Origin: Octopus sinensis
Taxonomy: Eukaryota
NCBI RefSeq assembly: GCF_006345805.1
Contig: NC_042999.1
Location: 52,080,001-52,144,000, forward strand
DNA length: 64,000 nt
Direction of reading: 5' to 3'
Shown: piece after piece, positions 26,340-40,630 of the stretch
Position numbering within the stretch: the stretch's first letter is position 1
How the letters are laid out: each line of letters opens with the position of its first letter
Notes under the pieces: model-generated
Databases searched by the model: none
Told to the model about the DNA's origin: nothing
What the model saw: only the letters and a program-made list of their open reading frames with translations
Made by a program: the position numbers and the translations under genes

Positions 26340-28400
26340 TATTCACATTCAAAGTTTATTGTTAAAATGTTTTCTACAGCATATGTAACAATGACCAACA
26401 TACGTTTGTACTGCAGCAACTGCACATTGCTCTGTAAGCTAGCATGCATCCTAGTCGTTGCAATGTTTATCGAGGGTCCACCACTTACGACGTTTTCAAA
26501 GTGAACGAATTCAAAAAGGTTTCTGCGTTGGTATTCAGTTGAAGTTGATAGCGCTACTTTTGAATCGAATTGAATTCTGGTCCTATAATCACCTCTACTG
26601 CTATTACAGTTGAATCGTGGTTTTAAAATGTTTATTTATATTATGATTAATTGTAGCAGTTTTGTTTACATTTTACTGTATGGAGTTTCAGAGCCATTTC
26701 ACTTATTTTTGGTTTGGACACTGAATTGATATTATTGTTATTATTATTATAATTATATTTATTAGTATCATTTGCATAAGCATCATTAATTATCACACTC
26801 ATTATTTTGATTAGTATAATTACTATTGATGGTAAAGTATGTTTATTGAAATCGTTTAAATGTATATTTTGTCCAGTGTAAACATTTCATAGTCTGTTCC
26901 TCTCTAGTATTTATAAGAGTAAATTTAGAAGTGAAAATTTGGTACATTTCTTCCACACAAAATTATATATATTTGTTTCTATATTATAAGATTTTGCATT
27001 AATAATTATTTCCCATATAATCGAAAATACTTTGTTACTATCTTTTAGTGCCTAAAATAGCTTACTAAGGCTAGTAGTATTCATTTTGCTCCTATTTCTA
27101 AACGAACTTAAATGACTGATAGAAGTACTTCCCATGCTCTGAGGTAAACTTACATCTGTACACGTTATTTTTATAGCTACAATAAGAATTAAGCGGACAG
27201 ATCTTGTTCCTTGCACAATCGCATTTAATAGATCAACTACTTTTATTACTAGTATCCACTTCACCTACACTAGATGTGATTTCTATATTCTCCTGACTTT
27301 CTTCTAAGCTATTAGTCATTTGCACATAGACAACATTCTGAGTACTGTGCTTTTTATGATTCACATCTTCTGCTTCCAAGCTAATGGGGAGTTCACTTCT
27401 TGGGTCTCTTCTATTTTATTGGTTCTCAAACCATAGTTTCTATTCTCGTACCTAGTTGTGTTACTTATGGTTTGTCCTCTCATGTTGATATTATTGTTAT
27501 TTATTGATCTGTGATTATAACTATGGATATTATTATTGTTATTGTTCATATGGGAACTGATAAGTTCAACAGCGTTTTGTGCTAGATATGTGCTAGATTT
27601 TGACTAATCTATGTTTATTAAAAATTTTATAGTTTTTACTGTCTTTAGGAAACTGTTTAGTCAATGCCGATTAAAACAATTTTGGCATTGTAGAAATTTT
27701 TGTTTTCCGAAGGGAATTAAATACCATTCGAGTTATCCATATTACTGAGGTATGTATTTCTATTTCAACCTAAGCTTTTTGAAAGCTCTTCATCTGGTTC
27801 TTATCACGGCGTTGGGCTTGCATCATGCTGTTAAACTTGACATTATATTTATCAGTTTTTTGTATAGTATTATTTACAGAACTTATATATTGGTCACACC
27901 CACCCTCTTTTATTTGGGACAGATTCATGTAAATTTTACTCTTCTTGTTTCTATGTACTCTATTATTGCATTCTAATTGCATAGACTTCCTATCCTTAAC
28001 TCTTCCTTCTGTCTCTTATTTTTGGTTAGTGGTGTTCTTCATGTTATGCATACTATTAAGATTATTGTCAGGGTGGTCCATCCCGCTACCTATATTATTT
28101 CTACTTTTAATACCGTTAAAGAATTTATATTTTTCTCTTTATTCCACCTTCTCAAATGCGAAATTGTAAAAGTCTTCATATAGTTTAAATACTTTTTCGG
28201 TCGCTGAGATGTTACTAATGCGGATTGTTATATTTTCTACTTTAGATAGGGTTATACTTTTTGGGGTGATTGCTATTTTTATGAATGTATCTAAGGCTCG
28301 TATTCGGTTTATGATATGGCCTGCATATACCTGTACTTAGGTCTAAATTAACATCCAGAAAGTTAGCTGAGTCATGCTCTTCTTCAATTGGTATGGAAAT
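26340..28400 (-). mobile_element. Probable internally deleted Penelope-like element
   Basis: A-rich, K/N-rich degenerate coding sequence similar in character to 17.3-18.2 kb; decayed hammerhead at its 3' end (26393-26478); no RT motif seen. Confidence 0.4.
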
Positions 28401-28835
28401 ACCTACGTATTAAAAAAAAATTTACAAAATTCTTTTGTAGATTTTTCTATGCCCCGGTTTGAAGGGTTAAACAGGGTGAAAAATGCATCATCCCTGTATA
28501 GGCCCCATTCCTACTTCAGAGAGTTCCTTATACAACCAGAATGAAATGTGAATCCCTACTAAGTCAGTTACCTGTACAGAATCTGTCGATCCCATTTTAA
28601 TATCGAATGGTTCTGATTTATCATTTCTATGTGTGCGTTTGTATGTATGTATGTATGTATGTATGTATGTATGTACGTATGTATGTATGTTTGTATGTAT
28701 GTGTGTCATTCAGTTTTATTTCAACATTTACACATATACGTGTGAAAACATGTATGTATATGATATACTCCTCCGTCGAAGATGAGTTATGAGCGTTAAC
28801 TATTTACCAAACGACCTGCACAAATGATTTGCTTA

Positions 28836-29545
<710 letters not shown>

Positions 29546-29552
29546 TATAAAT

Positions 29553-29591
<39 letters not shown>

Positions 29592-30289
29592 TATACACAT
29601 ATAATATGTGTGTGTGTGTTTATATATATATAGTTCAGAAGATCTTTTCCGAATCTATGCTATGATTTAGTTAACTTCTTAAAACAATCAATATTGTATA
29701 TAAATGGTTTCCGGCTAAATTTTCCTTGTAGCTATTTGGAATAAACCAGTTTCGATTAGTGTCTTTAGATGAGAGACATTGCAGTTGCAAATTTAATTTC
29801 GGTGCAGCCGAGTAGAAATGCGTTGTTTATGTCAACTGTTTGCAATTCAAAATATAGCAGTCTGTGCTTAGATAATCTAATTTGTAGGAATAATATCTAA
29901 ATTAATTCTATATTCCTGAGAGCTCTTAGCAAACAAAGTTATATAAACATATACATTTATAAACACATGCAAGCCCATGTATGTGTGCGTTTGTATGTAT
30001 GCATATATATATATGTATGCAAGCATGTATGCATGTATGTACGAACATATGTATGTATGTCGTTATTGAGTTTTATTTAAAGATTTCTTGCCAAAATAGA
30101 ATGAGCCGGTTTCTAACCTAGGTTCAAGGTTCCTTCTATGAAATTTCAACAACGGCAACAGGATATTTTTGCATGTATGTTTGTATGTATGTATGCATGT
30201 ATGTATGTATACATGTATGTATGCATGCATGTATTTATACGTGCTTTGTTTTATGTATATCTTCTCCTGCATATACTTGCATATCTAAT

Positions 30290-32075
30290 AGGTATAAAAG
30301 GGATGCAATATGGATAGAGACTATCAAGACAGAATTACAAGGAGGAAAGAAACAAAGAAATATTGTCATAAGCATGGGTCATATAACAGAACAAGTGGGG
30401 AAAATGCCTAAGTAAAAGCCCCCGGACTAGATGAGATTCATGGATTCTGACTGAAGAGATGGTATGCATGAAAGACTAGCAGTCCAATGGAATGAGTGCG
30501 CCCAGAAAAGTAGAGTCCCTGTGTGGATGGTGACTGGGAGGACAACACTTGTAATGAAATATAGACGAATGGAGAATGTTGTGGGAAACTAACGTGCCAT
30601 AGCATGCCTAAACATAATCTGGAAGATACTCACTGGAATATGTGCTGCAAAGACATACACTTTCCTGGCACAGGAAGAAACACTACCAAGGTAACAAAAA
30701 GGATGTAGGAAGAGTTCTCGGGGTACCGAGGATCACCTGGTCATCGATAAAACAGTTTTGAGGCATTGTAAAAAACATTGTCCCCGGCTTCGATTCACTT
30801 TAAGAAGGCATATGATATGATACCTCATTCTTGGATCGTTGTATGCCTGCAGATGTTTGGTGTTGCTGAGAGCTTCACAAATTTTCTGATGCATAGTTTG
30901 AAAGAGTGGTAAAACAAATTGTACTCAAGTAATGTAATCCTTGGAAAAGTTAATATTAAATGTGGAATCTTCCAAGGTGACTCGTTTTCACTGTTACTTT
31001 TTGTAATTGCACTAATACCTATAACAATGACACTTAGGAAAGTTAAAATGGGTTACCGATGCGTGAAGAAAGGCCCTTCATTGAACCATCTTCTGTTTAT
31101 GGATGACCTGAACTTGTTTGAGAAATCTGAAAAATAGATAGATTCCTTAACCAAAACAGTCCAGAAGTGTGGTAGTGACATCGGTATGGAATTTGGGATT
31201 ACCAAATGCTCAGTACTTAATATGAAAAAAAGAGGGAAGAAAGCTTCCTGCAGAGGATTCCGGTTACCATCAAGAGAAACCATGGGTGAACCCGACAATA
31301 GTGGGTATAGATATTTAGGGATTTTAAAGCTGGATGACATTCTACACAGAGAAATGAAAGTTAAGGTCAGCGAGGCATATCAGAAAAGGGTGAAGATGGT
31401 GTTGAAATCCAAACTGAATGCCAAAACTTTGATTACCGCAATGACTATCTGGTCAGTTACGGTGGTCAGATATAGTGCATCCATCCTCAAATGGACTAAG
31501 GAGGAAATATCAACACTGGATAGAAGGACGAGAAAGTTGATGACGCTGTATGGGGCGCTACACCCTAAAGCAAACGTAAACAGACTGTATATGAAAAGAA
31601 GGAATGGGTTACCGATGCGTGAAGAGGACTAATTAGTATAAACCATTGTATAAAGAGTTAAAGGAGAACGCTTACCGACTATTTGGTAAATAGTGATGAA
31701 GACCTACTGCAATATGCCGCGAAAGATATGGGGGTAAATACAGATGAAATGATGGGCAAGGAAGAGTTTAACCAAAGAGAAAAGAAGACCGTCTTGAAAT
31801 GAGAATGCATGGACAGTTTGAAAGGAATACACAGGACGTTAAGGATAATACAGCATCGTGGTCATGGGTGGAGCGAGGTGATTTGAAGTGTATCGCATAA
31901 AGCCTGATCGTTGCTGCACAAAACCAGGCTCTCGCTACCAATTCAGTGAAGTATAACATCTATAGAGTTCTGACACCCAGAAATGCAGGCTCTGTGGAAA
32001 GAATGTGGAAAATGTGACCCACTTGATAAGCGGATGTGAGAGCCTTCCACAAAAAGAATACAAGCGCCGCCACGA
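30290..32075 (+). mobile_element. Old R4/Dong-like retrotransposon (RT to zinc knuckle)
   Basis: [62 protein letters not shown] and CRLC..H...C; many stops. Confidence 0.9.
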
Positions 32076-32089
32076 TAAATACCAATATG

Positions 32090-33138
32090 AAGTAATAGAG
32101 AACTGATATGAGCATGTAACAAGTAAAGTTATGCAGGAGGATGGACAGGATGTAGGAGTTTGGATGCGAACACATTAGAGCAGAAGAAAACAGCAGAGCA
32201 TGGTATGTAAAAAATGCCACAGAACCGCTATTACTACAAGTAAGAAGGTCAGACCTTTTTAGGATGAAAGATTGCAAAGATAAAGCACTATACAAGCAAT
32301 TGAAACCGAATGAAACTGAAAATAGGTGGGTATAGAAAAGAATGCATTATCAATTTCGTAGAGATGTTGACGATAAGACAGACAGAGAAAAAAGAAGGCT
32401 GTGGATGACTAAAAGTGATTTAAAACCGGAAAGGGAGGCTCTAATCTATGCTGCCTAAGAGCAAGCACTAAGAACATACTACATAAAATACAGAATTGAC
32501 AACACAGCAGAAAATGATAAGTGCAGAATCTGTGGACAAACGCTGAAATCGTATGGCATATTACCAGCCAATGTACGTCACTAGCCCAGAAGAAATATAA
32601 GAGACGCCACGACAATATAGCCAGACGTGTCCATTGGACACTCTGCAACAAGTATGGACTTAACAGAGCAAACATTGGTACGACCACAAACCTGAAGGTA
32701 TTGTCGAAAATAGAAATGCAAATGTCCTATGGTATTTTGTGATTCAGTGCGACCATGAGATTGAGAATAGGAAGATTGAGAAAGAAAACAAACTATGCTG
32801 GATCATAGACATAGCACACCCAACTGACAATAAGGTATGTGATAAGGAAGAAAGAAAAGTTGATGGATATGACAGGTTAGCTTGGGAGGTTAAGCAGTTA
32901 TGGATGACGAAAAAATTTGTTCTAGCATTAACAATTGTCGGAGTGAGCAAAAATCACGAGAAGTACAGGGAACAACTAGGGGTTGCAATAAGGTTGGAGC
33001 ACTTGCAGAAAACAGCACTGCTTGGAACCGCTGAATACTCCGGATGGCGCTCGAAAAATAAGGGGCGTCAATTTAATTCCCTGGTAGTGAATAGCTGACA
33101 TCCTAATACATCTCCAGCGTTAGAAGCTGTACAAAGGC
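32090..33138 (+). mobile_element. Second old R4/Dong-like 3' fragment (knuckle plus RLE)
   Basis: CRICGQ, KRRHDNIARRVHW, WIIDIAHP and LQKTALLGTA; followed by (GAT/TAA)n. Confidence 0.85.
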
Positions 33139-33347
<209 letters not shown>

Positions 33348-33699
33348 ATTAAAACAATACCTGTTGTCATAGGTGCCCTGAGAATGATAGCAAAAGGGGC
33401 TGATTGCTCCCTAACTCAGATACCAGGAAATCCCAGAATGGCAGAAATTCAAAAGATAGTGCTCATGGAAACTGCTCATATCCTACGCAAAATACTTTCT
33501 TTGTAATCTCAAGTTTTTAAACAAACATAATTTTCATATGGGTTTTTTTAGGCATTCACTAGAACAACACTAAGTACAAAACCAAATATATGACACCCTA
33601 GGCATAACACCAACATGAACTTCTAACTTGTTGTCTCTTGAGGTCTCTGGGTGAGACTTGGAGCCAGCTTGTGCAAATGTAAAGCAAACGTCAAACATA

Positions 33700-33700
<1 letters not shown>
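33348..33700 (+). mobile_element. 3' end of a third R4/Dong-like family
   Basis: KTIPVVIGALRMI...IQKIVLMETAHILRKILSL* plus a distinct 3' UTR, then (AAT)n. Confidence 0.85.
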
Positions 33701-33771
<71 letters not shown>

Positions 33772-33783
33772 CAACAATAACAA

Positions 33784-33899
33784 AACACTTTCAATACAGT
33801 TACCATCAGAGCATCACAACAGAACACAGCACATACCCAAGGCACACAGAGCTCCGCTCGGTAGTGAGGTGAAGGCACGCTTTAAAAATAGAACTACTG
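33784..33899 (+). mobile_element. 3' tip of the young Dong-like family
   Basis: Matches the 3' UTR at 35480-35594; flanked by (AAT)n. Confidence 0.9.
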
Positions 33900-33928
33900 A
33901 ATAATAATAATCATAATAATAATAATAA

Positions 33929-35591
33929 TATATATGGATGACCTAAAACTATACGCTGCAAATGACAAACAGCTGGAAACACTATTAAAGACAGTTCATG
34001 GATTTACCAAAGAAATAGATATGAAATTTGGATTAGAAAAATGCGCCAAAGTAACCATGAAAAGAGGAAAACTAGTTAAGAGTAACAACATCACACTAGA
34101 TAAAACCAATGAAATAAAAGAATTAGACCAAAGCCAAACTTACAAATACTTAGGAATCCATGAACTAGATAAGACACAACACACACAAATGAAAGAGAAA
34201 ATAAAAAAAGAATATTATAGACGAGTTAGATCAATACTAAAAACAGAGCTCAATGCTAAAAACAAGATAATAGGTATCAACACTTTAGCTGTTCCAGTTA
34301 TAAGTTACAGCTACAATATCCTTAACTGGACACGAAATGAACTGTCCAAAATAGATCGGAAAACAAGAAAAATACTGACAGGATCTAGGATGCATCACCC
34401 AAAATCTGACATAGAAAGACTATATATACAACGTATAGAAGGTGGTAGAGGCCTTATACAGCTGGAAAACTACTATAAAATAACCACCATAGGATTGCAA
34501 GAATACCTACTTCAGAAGGAAGGAAAACTGATCCAGATAGCAGCAAAACACGAACAAAACAAAAAACTGTTCTCAGTATTTAAGGAAGCTGACAAATACA
34601 AACAAGAAATCATACCACCTAATAAACACAAAGAAGAAGAAGAAGAAGATGATGAAGAAACAACAAAAGTTATAAAACAAATGAAATCCAAACTAAAAAT
34701 AGAACAGCAACGAGCCATGATAAAACGATGGCAAGAAAAGCCCCCTTCATGGTAAATACTGGACTAAACTAAACGCAAAAGAAATAGACAAAGAAAAATC
34801 CCAGCAATGGTTGAGAAGCTCAGGACTCAAAGCAGAAACAGAGGGATTTTTAACTGCAGCACAAGACCAAAGCCTCCCCACCAGAAATTACCAAAAACAT
34901 GTAATGAAAAGAAATATTACAAGTAACTGCAGAATATGTGGAGATGGACAAGAAACAATAAATCATATTATCTCTAGCTGCCCAGTCCTGGCTAAGAAGG
35001 AATATATTCACAGACATGACAGAGTTGGAACCTACATACATTGGAAGCTATGCCAACATTATGGAATAACAACAGAAAAAAGATGGTATAGGCACACACC
35101 AGAAAAGGTCACAGAAAACGAGAAAGCAACCATACTCTGGGATATGCCGATACACACAGATAGAGAAATTAAGGCCAACAGACCAGATATAGTTGTCAGA
35201 GATCATGAAGAAAAAAAATGCTTTCTAATTGATGTATCAATACCGGCAGATGACAACGTGTCTCTAAAAGAAATGGAGAAACTCTCAAAATACAAAGACC
35301 TGGAAATAGAGGTAACTAGAATGTGGAACCTGAAAACAGAAACAATTCCTATCATAGTAGGTGCATTAGGCATGATAAAAAAATATTCAGACAAATACAT
35401 AACAAAAACACCAGGACTTACAAACACATATAACATACAGAAAATTGCACTACTAGGCACCGCACACATCCTACGCAGAACACTTTCCATACAATAACCA
35501 TCAGAGCATCACAACAAATCACAGCACATACCCAAGGCACACAGAGCTGCGCTCGGTAGTGAAGTGAAAGCACGATATAAAAATAAAACTA

Positions 35592-35594
<3 letters not shown>
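33929..35594 (+). mobile_element. Young R4/Dong-like retrotransposon, copy 1 (5'-truncated at YMDD)
   Basis: YMDDLKL, CRICGDGQETINHIISSC, RHD, RPDIVV..LIDVSIP..KLSKY (RLE); one frameshift near 34741; (AAT)n on both sides. Confidence 0.95.
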
Positions 35595-35660
<66 letters not shown>

Positions 35661-35661
35661 C

Positions 35662-35714
<53 letters not shown>

Positions 35715-35715
<1 letters not shown>

Positions 35716-36269
35716 GCCCTGATGCAGTACCAGGCAGTGGCTCTCATGGCTTCTGATCTTAACTGATTGGAAGTGTTATCATATACATTGTTTTGTCTTG
35801 GTATAAAAGATGGGCTACAGCAAATATTCTGCTCAATACCACAGATTTGCTTGTCAGTTGTTTGACCTTAACCAGTTGAGCATGTCCCTTAGTGGCTGAC
35901 GATATGTGCATCTCTGATCACGAGCAGAAGTAGTGGGGGAGCATCATAGCCATGTGTTGAGAGGGATTCTTTGGGGTTTGAATAATTCACCTCTGGAAAC
36001 ATGGGTGGTTCTTTCAACATCCTTAAACAACCCTTATTCAGGGACCTTTAGAGCGGGATGGGCTACTCAACCTGAAGAATATTCTAACTGGGCCCCACCT
36101 GCAAGGTCATGTGCTGTTTATCCTGATATGAGATCACTATGTCGCGCACATATGGTTGTGATGCATGTGCCTGGTGTACCCTTATCAGACGGGTAGTCAT
36201 GATGGGTATATTGGGCTTCGTATATTTTACCCCAGTGTCACTTTGATGGCATGCACTGCTCTCTCACTC
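35715..36269 (+). mobile_element. 555-bp non-coding element embedded in (TAA)n, copy 1
   Basis: Colinear copy with the same termini at 50744-51288. Confidence 0.8.
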
Positions 36270-36313
<44 letters not shown>

Positions 36314-36335
36314 TAGTAATAATAATAATAATAAT

Positions 36336-38231
36336 ATCCCCCACACATGGATCCTCGAAACACTAGCCATTAACAAAGTAGCACCAACAATCATAAAATT
36401 CATAGAGCACTCTATGAATAAATGGCAAACAGTCCTACACCTCCAAACAAAAGAGGGACTCATGAAAACCAAAGACATCCCCATTAGAAGAGGAATATTC
36501 CAGGGAGACACGCTCTCTCCACTCCTTTTCTGCTTGGCACTGTCACCTCTATCTGATATGCTAAATAGAACTGGATGCGGATATAAATGTTACGGCAAAA
36601 CGATCAGCCACCTTTTATATATGGATGACCTAAAACTATACGCTGCAAATGACAAACAGCTGGAAACACTATTAAAGACAGTTCATGGATTTACCAAAGA
36701 AATAGACATGAAATTTGGATTAGAAAAATGCGCCAAAGTAACCATGAAAAGAGGAAAACTAGTTAAGAGTAACAACATCACACTAGATAAAACCAATGAA
36801 ATAAAAGAATTAGATCAAAGCCAAATTTACAAATACTTAGGAATCCATGAACTAGATAAGACACAACACACACAAATGAAAGAGAAAATAAAAAAAGAAT
36901 ATTATAGACGAGTTAGATCAATACTAAAAACAGAGATCAATGCTAAAAACAAGATAATAGGTATCAACACTTTAGCTGTCCCAGTTATAAGTTACAGCTA
37001 CAATATCCTTGGCTGGACACGAAATGAACTGTCCAAAATAGATAGGAAAACAAGAAAAATACTGACAGGATCTAGGATGCATCACCCAAAATCTGACATA
37101 GAAAGACTATATATACAACGTATAGAAGGTGGTAGAGGCCTTGTAGAGCTGGAAAACTACTATAAAATAACCACCATAGGACTGCAAAAATACCTACTTC
37201 TGAAGGAAGGAAAACTGATCCAGATAGCAGCAAAACACGAGCAAAACAAAAAACTGTTCTCAGTATTTAAGGAAGCTGACAAATACAAACAAGAAATCAT
37301 ACCACCTAATAAACACGAAGAAGAAGAAGAAGATGATGAAGAAACAACAAAAGTTATAAAACAAATGAAATCCAAACTAAAAATAGAACAGCAACGAACC
37401 ATGATAAAACGATGGCAAGAAAAGCCCCTTCATGGTAAATACTGCACTAAACTAAACGCAAAAGAAATAGACAAAGAAACTCAGGACTCAAAGCAGAAAC
37501 AGAGGGATTTTTAATTGCAGCACAAGACCAAAGCCTCCCCACCAGAAATTACCAAAAACATGTAATGAAAAGAAATATTACAAGTAACTGCAGAATATGT
37601 GGAGATGGACAAGCGGCCCAGTCCTGGCTAAGAAGGAATATATTCACAGACATGACAGAGTTGGAACCTACATACATTGGAAGCTATGCCAACATTATGG
37701 AATAACAACAGAAAAAAGATGGTATAGGCACACACCAGAAAAGGTCACAGAAAACGAGAAAGCAACCATACTCTGGGATATGCCGATACACACAGATAGA
37801 GAAATTAAGGCCAACAGACCAGATATAGTTGTCAGAGATCATGAAGAAAAAAAATGCTTTCTAATTGATGTATCAATACCGGCAGATGACAACGTGTCTC
37901 TAAAAGAAATGGAGAAACTCTCAAAATACAAAGACCTGGAAATAGAGGTAACTAGAATGTGGAATCTGAAGACAGAAACAATTCCTATCATAGTAGGTGC
38001 ATTAGGCATGATAAAAAAATATTCAGACAAATACATAACAAAAACACCAGGACTTACAAACACATATAACATACAGAAAATTGCACTACTAGACACTGCA
38101 CACATCCTACGCAGAACACTTTCCATACAATAACCATCAGAGCATCACAACAAATCACAGCACATACCCAAGGCACACAGAACTGCGCTCGGTAGTGAAG
38201 TGAAAGCACGCTATAAAAAATAAAACTACTG
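36336..38231 (+). mobile_element. Young R4/Dong-like retrotransposon, copy 2 (5'-truncated)
   Basis: IPHTWI, RRGIFQGDTLSPLLF, YMDD and RLE; two small deletions near 37479 and 37613; (AAT)n on both sides. Confidence 0.95.
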
Positions 38232-38406
<175 letters not shown>

Positions 38407-38499
38407 GTTTCAAATTTGGGAACATGATAAATCGGTTACATCGAACCGCATACTTATTTTATCGACGCCGAAAAGATGAAAATCAAAGTAGGTCACGGT

Positions 38500-38820
38500 G
38501 GAGAAAAAGATTGAGAATTACAAACCACTAAAAGATGAGGTTGTGCGAAAGTGAGCAATGAAGAAAGTAAGTTTCATCGCAGTTGTTGTAGGGAGAATAG
38601 GAGCATTAAGAACCAGGTTTGAGAAATGTGTTGGAGAAACTGGGATTGACATGGGAGCAGAAAACTGTTCAGAAAACTGCTTTATCGGTGACAACACGGA
38701 AGTTGAAGTTGGTACTTGGAAGAATCATAATATAAGACGCAGTGAAACGCTTGACAGCAGATTGTTGTCTGTTCTTACGAAATTAACTGCAGTAATTCAA
38801 GTCGAGTTCTCTGACAAATA
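38500..38820 (+). mobile_element. Diverged R4/Dong-like 3' fragment
   Basis: KKVSFIAVVVG.IGAL and CAGAAAACTGCTTTATCGG parallel 32900-33030; followed by TAA-like repeats. Confidence 0.55.
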
Positions 38821-38990
38821 AAATGATAATAATGATAAAAATAATAGTAATTATTATAATTATAATAATAATACAAAATGCATATTTTTGCCGATCGACA
38901 TCGAAAGTGTCCCACCCAAGTGTTGTACTAAATTGCTCTGTCTTTTGTTGCAGAGAAGTAGAAACTCATAATCTTCCCTTGCCATCACCC

Positions 38991-39480
<490 letters not shown>

Positions 39481-40429
39481 TTTAGGTCCAGGTTACAGTA
39501 CAAACCTAACGAGGGAAAAATATTCCAGTCATAGCCAACCTTACATTTCAGGGGGACACGCTATCCCTCATTACTTGTATGATTTAGCAACCAGTAAGAT
39601 GCATCTTTGTTGCTTTTTAGGAAGGGGACAGATGAATTCCAAACACATCATGGATTCCCCTTTTGTCATTAAAATGACGCCCCGTGTCAAGGCAAGATCT
39701 GAACCTGTATCTCTTCATTCACTTGACCAAACAACCTATCTGTCCACACACCACTCTGTCAACTAATGTTAAAAAAATAAGCCTGCATTTCTGTTAGAAA
39801 GGAAACGTTAATTAAATTCTGTGAACACCAATAAAATGTTTGCAACCATAGCTGCTATGAGGAGGTGGCTGACACACCAGTCATTCGCTCCTCTTCCCTC
39901 TCCTCCAGTACTAAGTCTATGGTGAAATATGGCATTAAAATTTATGATCGCTATTCATCGATTATTCATCAGTTTGTGTATCTATAGTAACACGATGACG
40001 GTCGTTTCTTATTGGCTTAATAAGCTGTACACTGAAAGACAATATATGCGAGTGGTACCATTAAGAAGGAACCGTTGTAAATCAAATGTGACAGATCAAT
40101 AAGTGATATATTTCATGGCACTGCAATATTAATAAACTGTTCGAACGGTGTCAGTGGTATTGTCCTGTTTAGATTACAATACTAACTATGCGGGCATTGA
40201 AAAATATGGAAGGCTATACATATTCAGGCAGATTTCGCTACAATTGTAAGCTCATACGCTTTCATTGTGTCAACTGCAAACTACGGAACAGTGTACAGTT
40301 TCATACAGCCTACTGTGCATTATAAAACACTAATCAGATGTTATGTAGTTTAGTATAAATTCCAAAAGATGAAAGTCTGTACAGAAACTATAAACTACGG
40401 GAGACTTTATAGTTCCTATGTTGACTACC

Positions 40430-40630
40430 TACTTCTTTATTACCCACAAGGGGCTAAACACAGAGAGGACAAACAAGGACAGACAAACGGATTAAGTCGA
40501 TTACATCGACCACAGTGCGTAACTGGTACTTAATTTATCGACCCCGAAAGGATGAAAGGCAAAGTCGACCACGGCGGAATTTGAACTCAGAACGCAGCGG
40601 CGGACAAAATACCGCAAAGCATTTCGCCCG
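40430..40630 (-). mobile_element. SINE family B, 5'-truncated
   Basis: Near-identical to 1008-1208. Confidence 0.9.

Noticed and set aside
35715-36100. HDV ribozyme, RNase P/MRP, 7SK or telomerase RNA identity for the 555-bp element
   Set aside because: GCCCTGA has a partial partner (TCAGGG near 36038), but I could not assemble P2/P3 or find the diagnostic conserved boxes or template
36165-36335. N-terminal extension with poly-Asn on the 449-aa RT ORF
   Set aside because: Chance read-through from the 555-bp element across (AAT)n into a truncated RT
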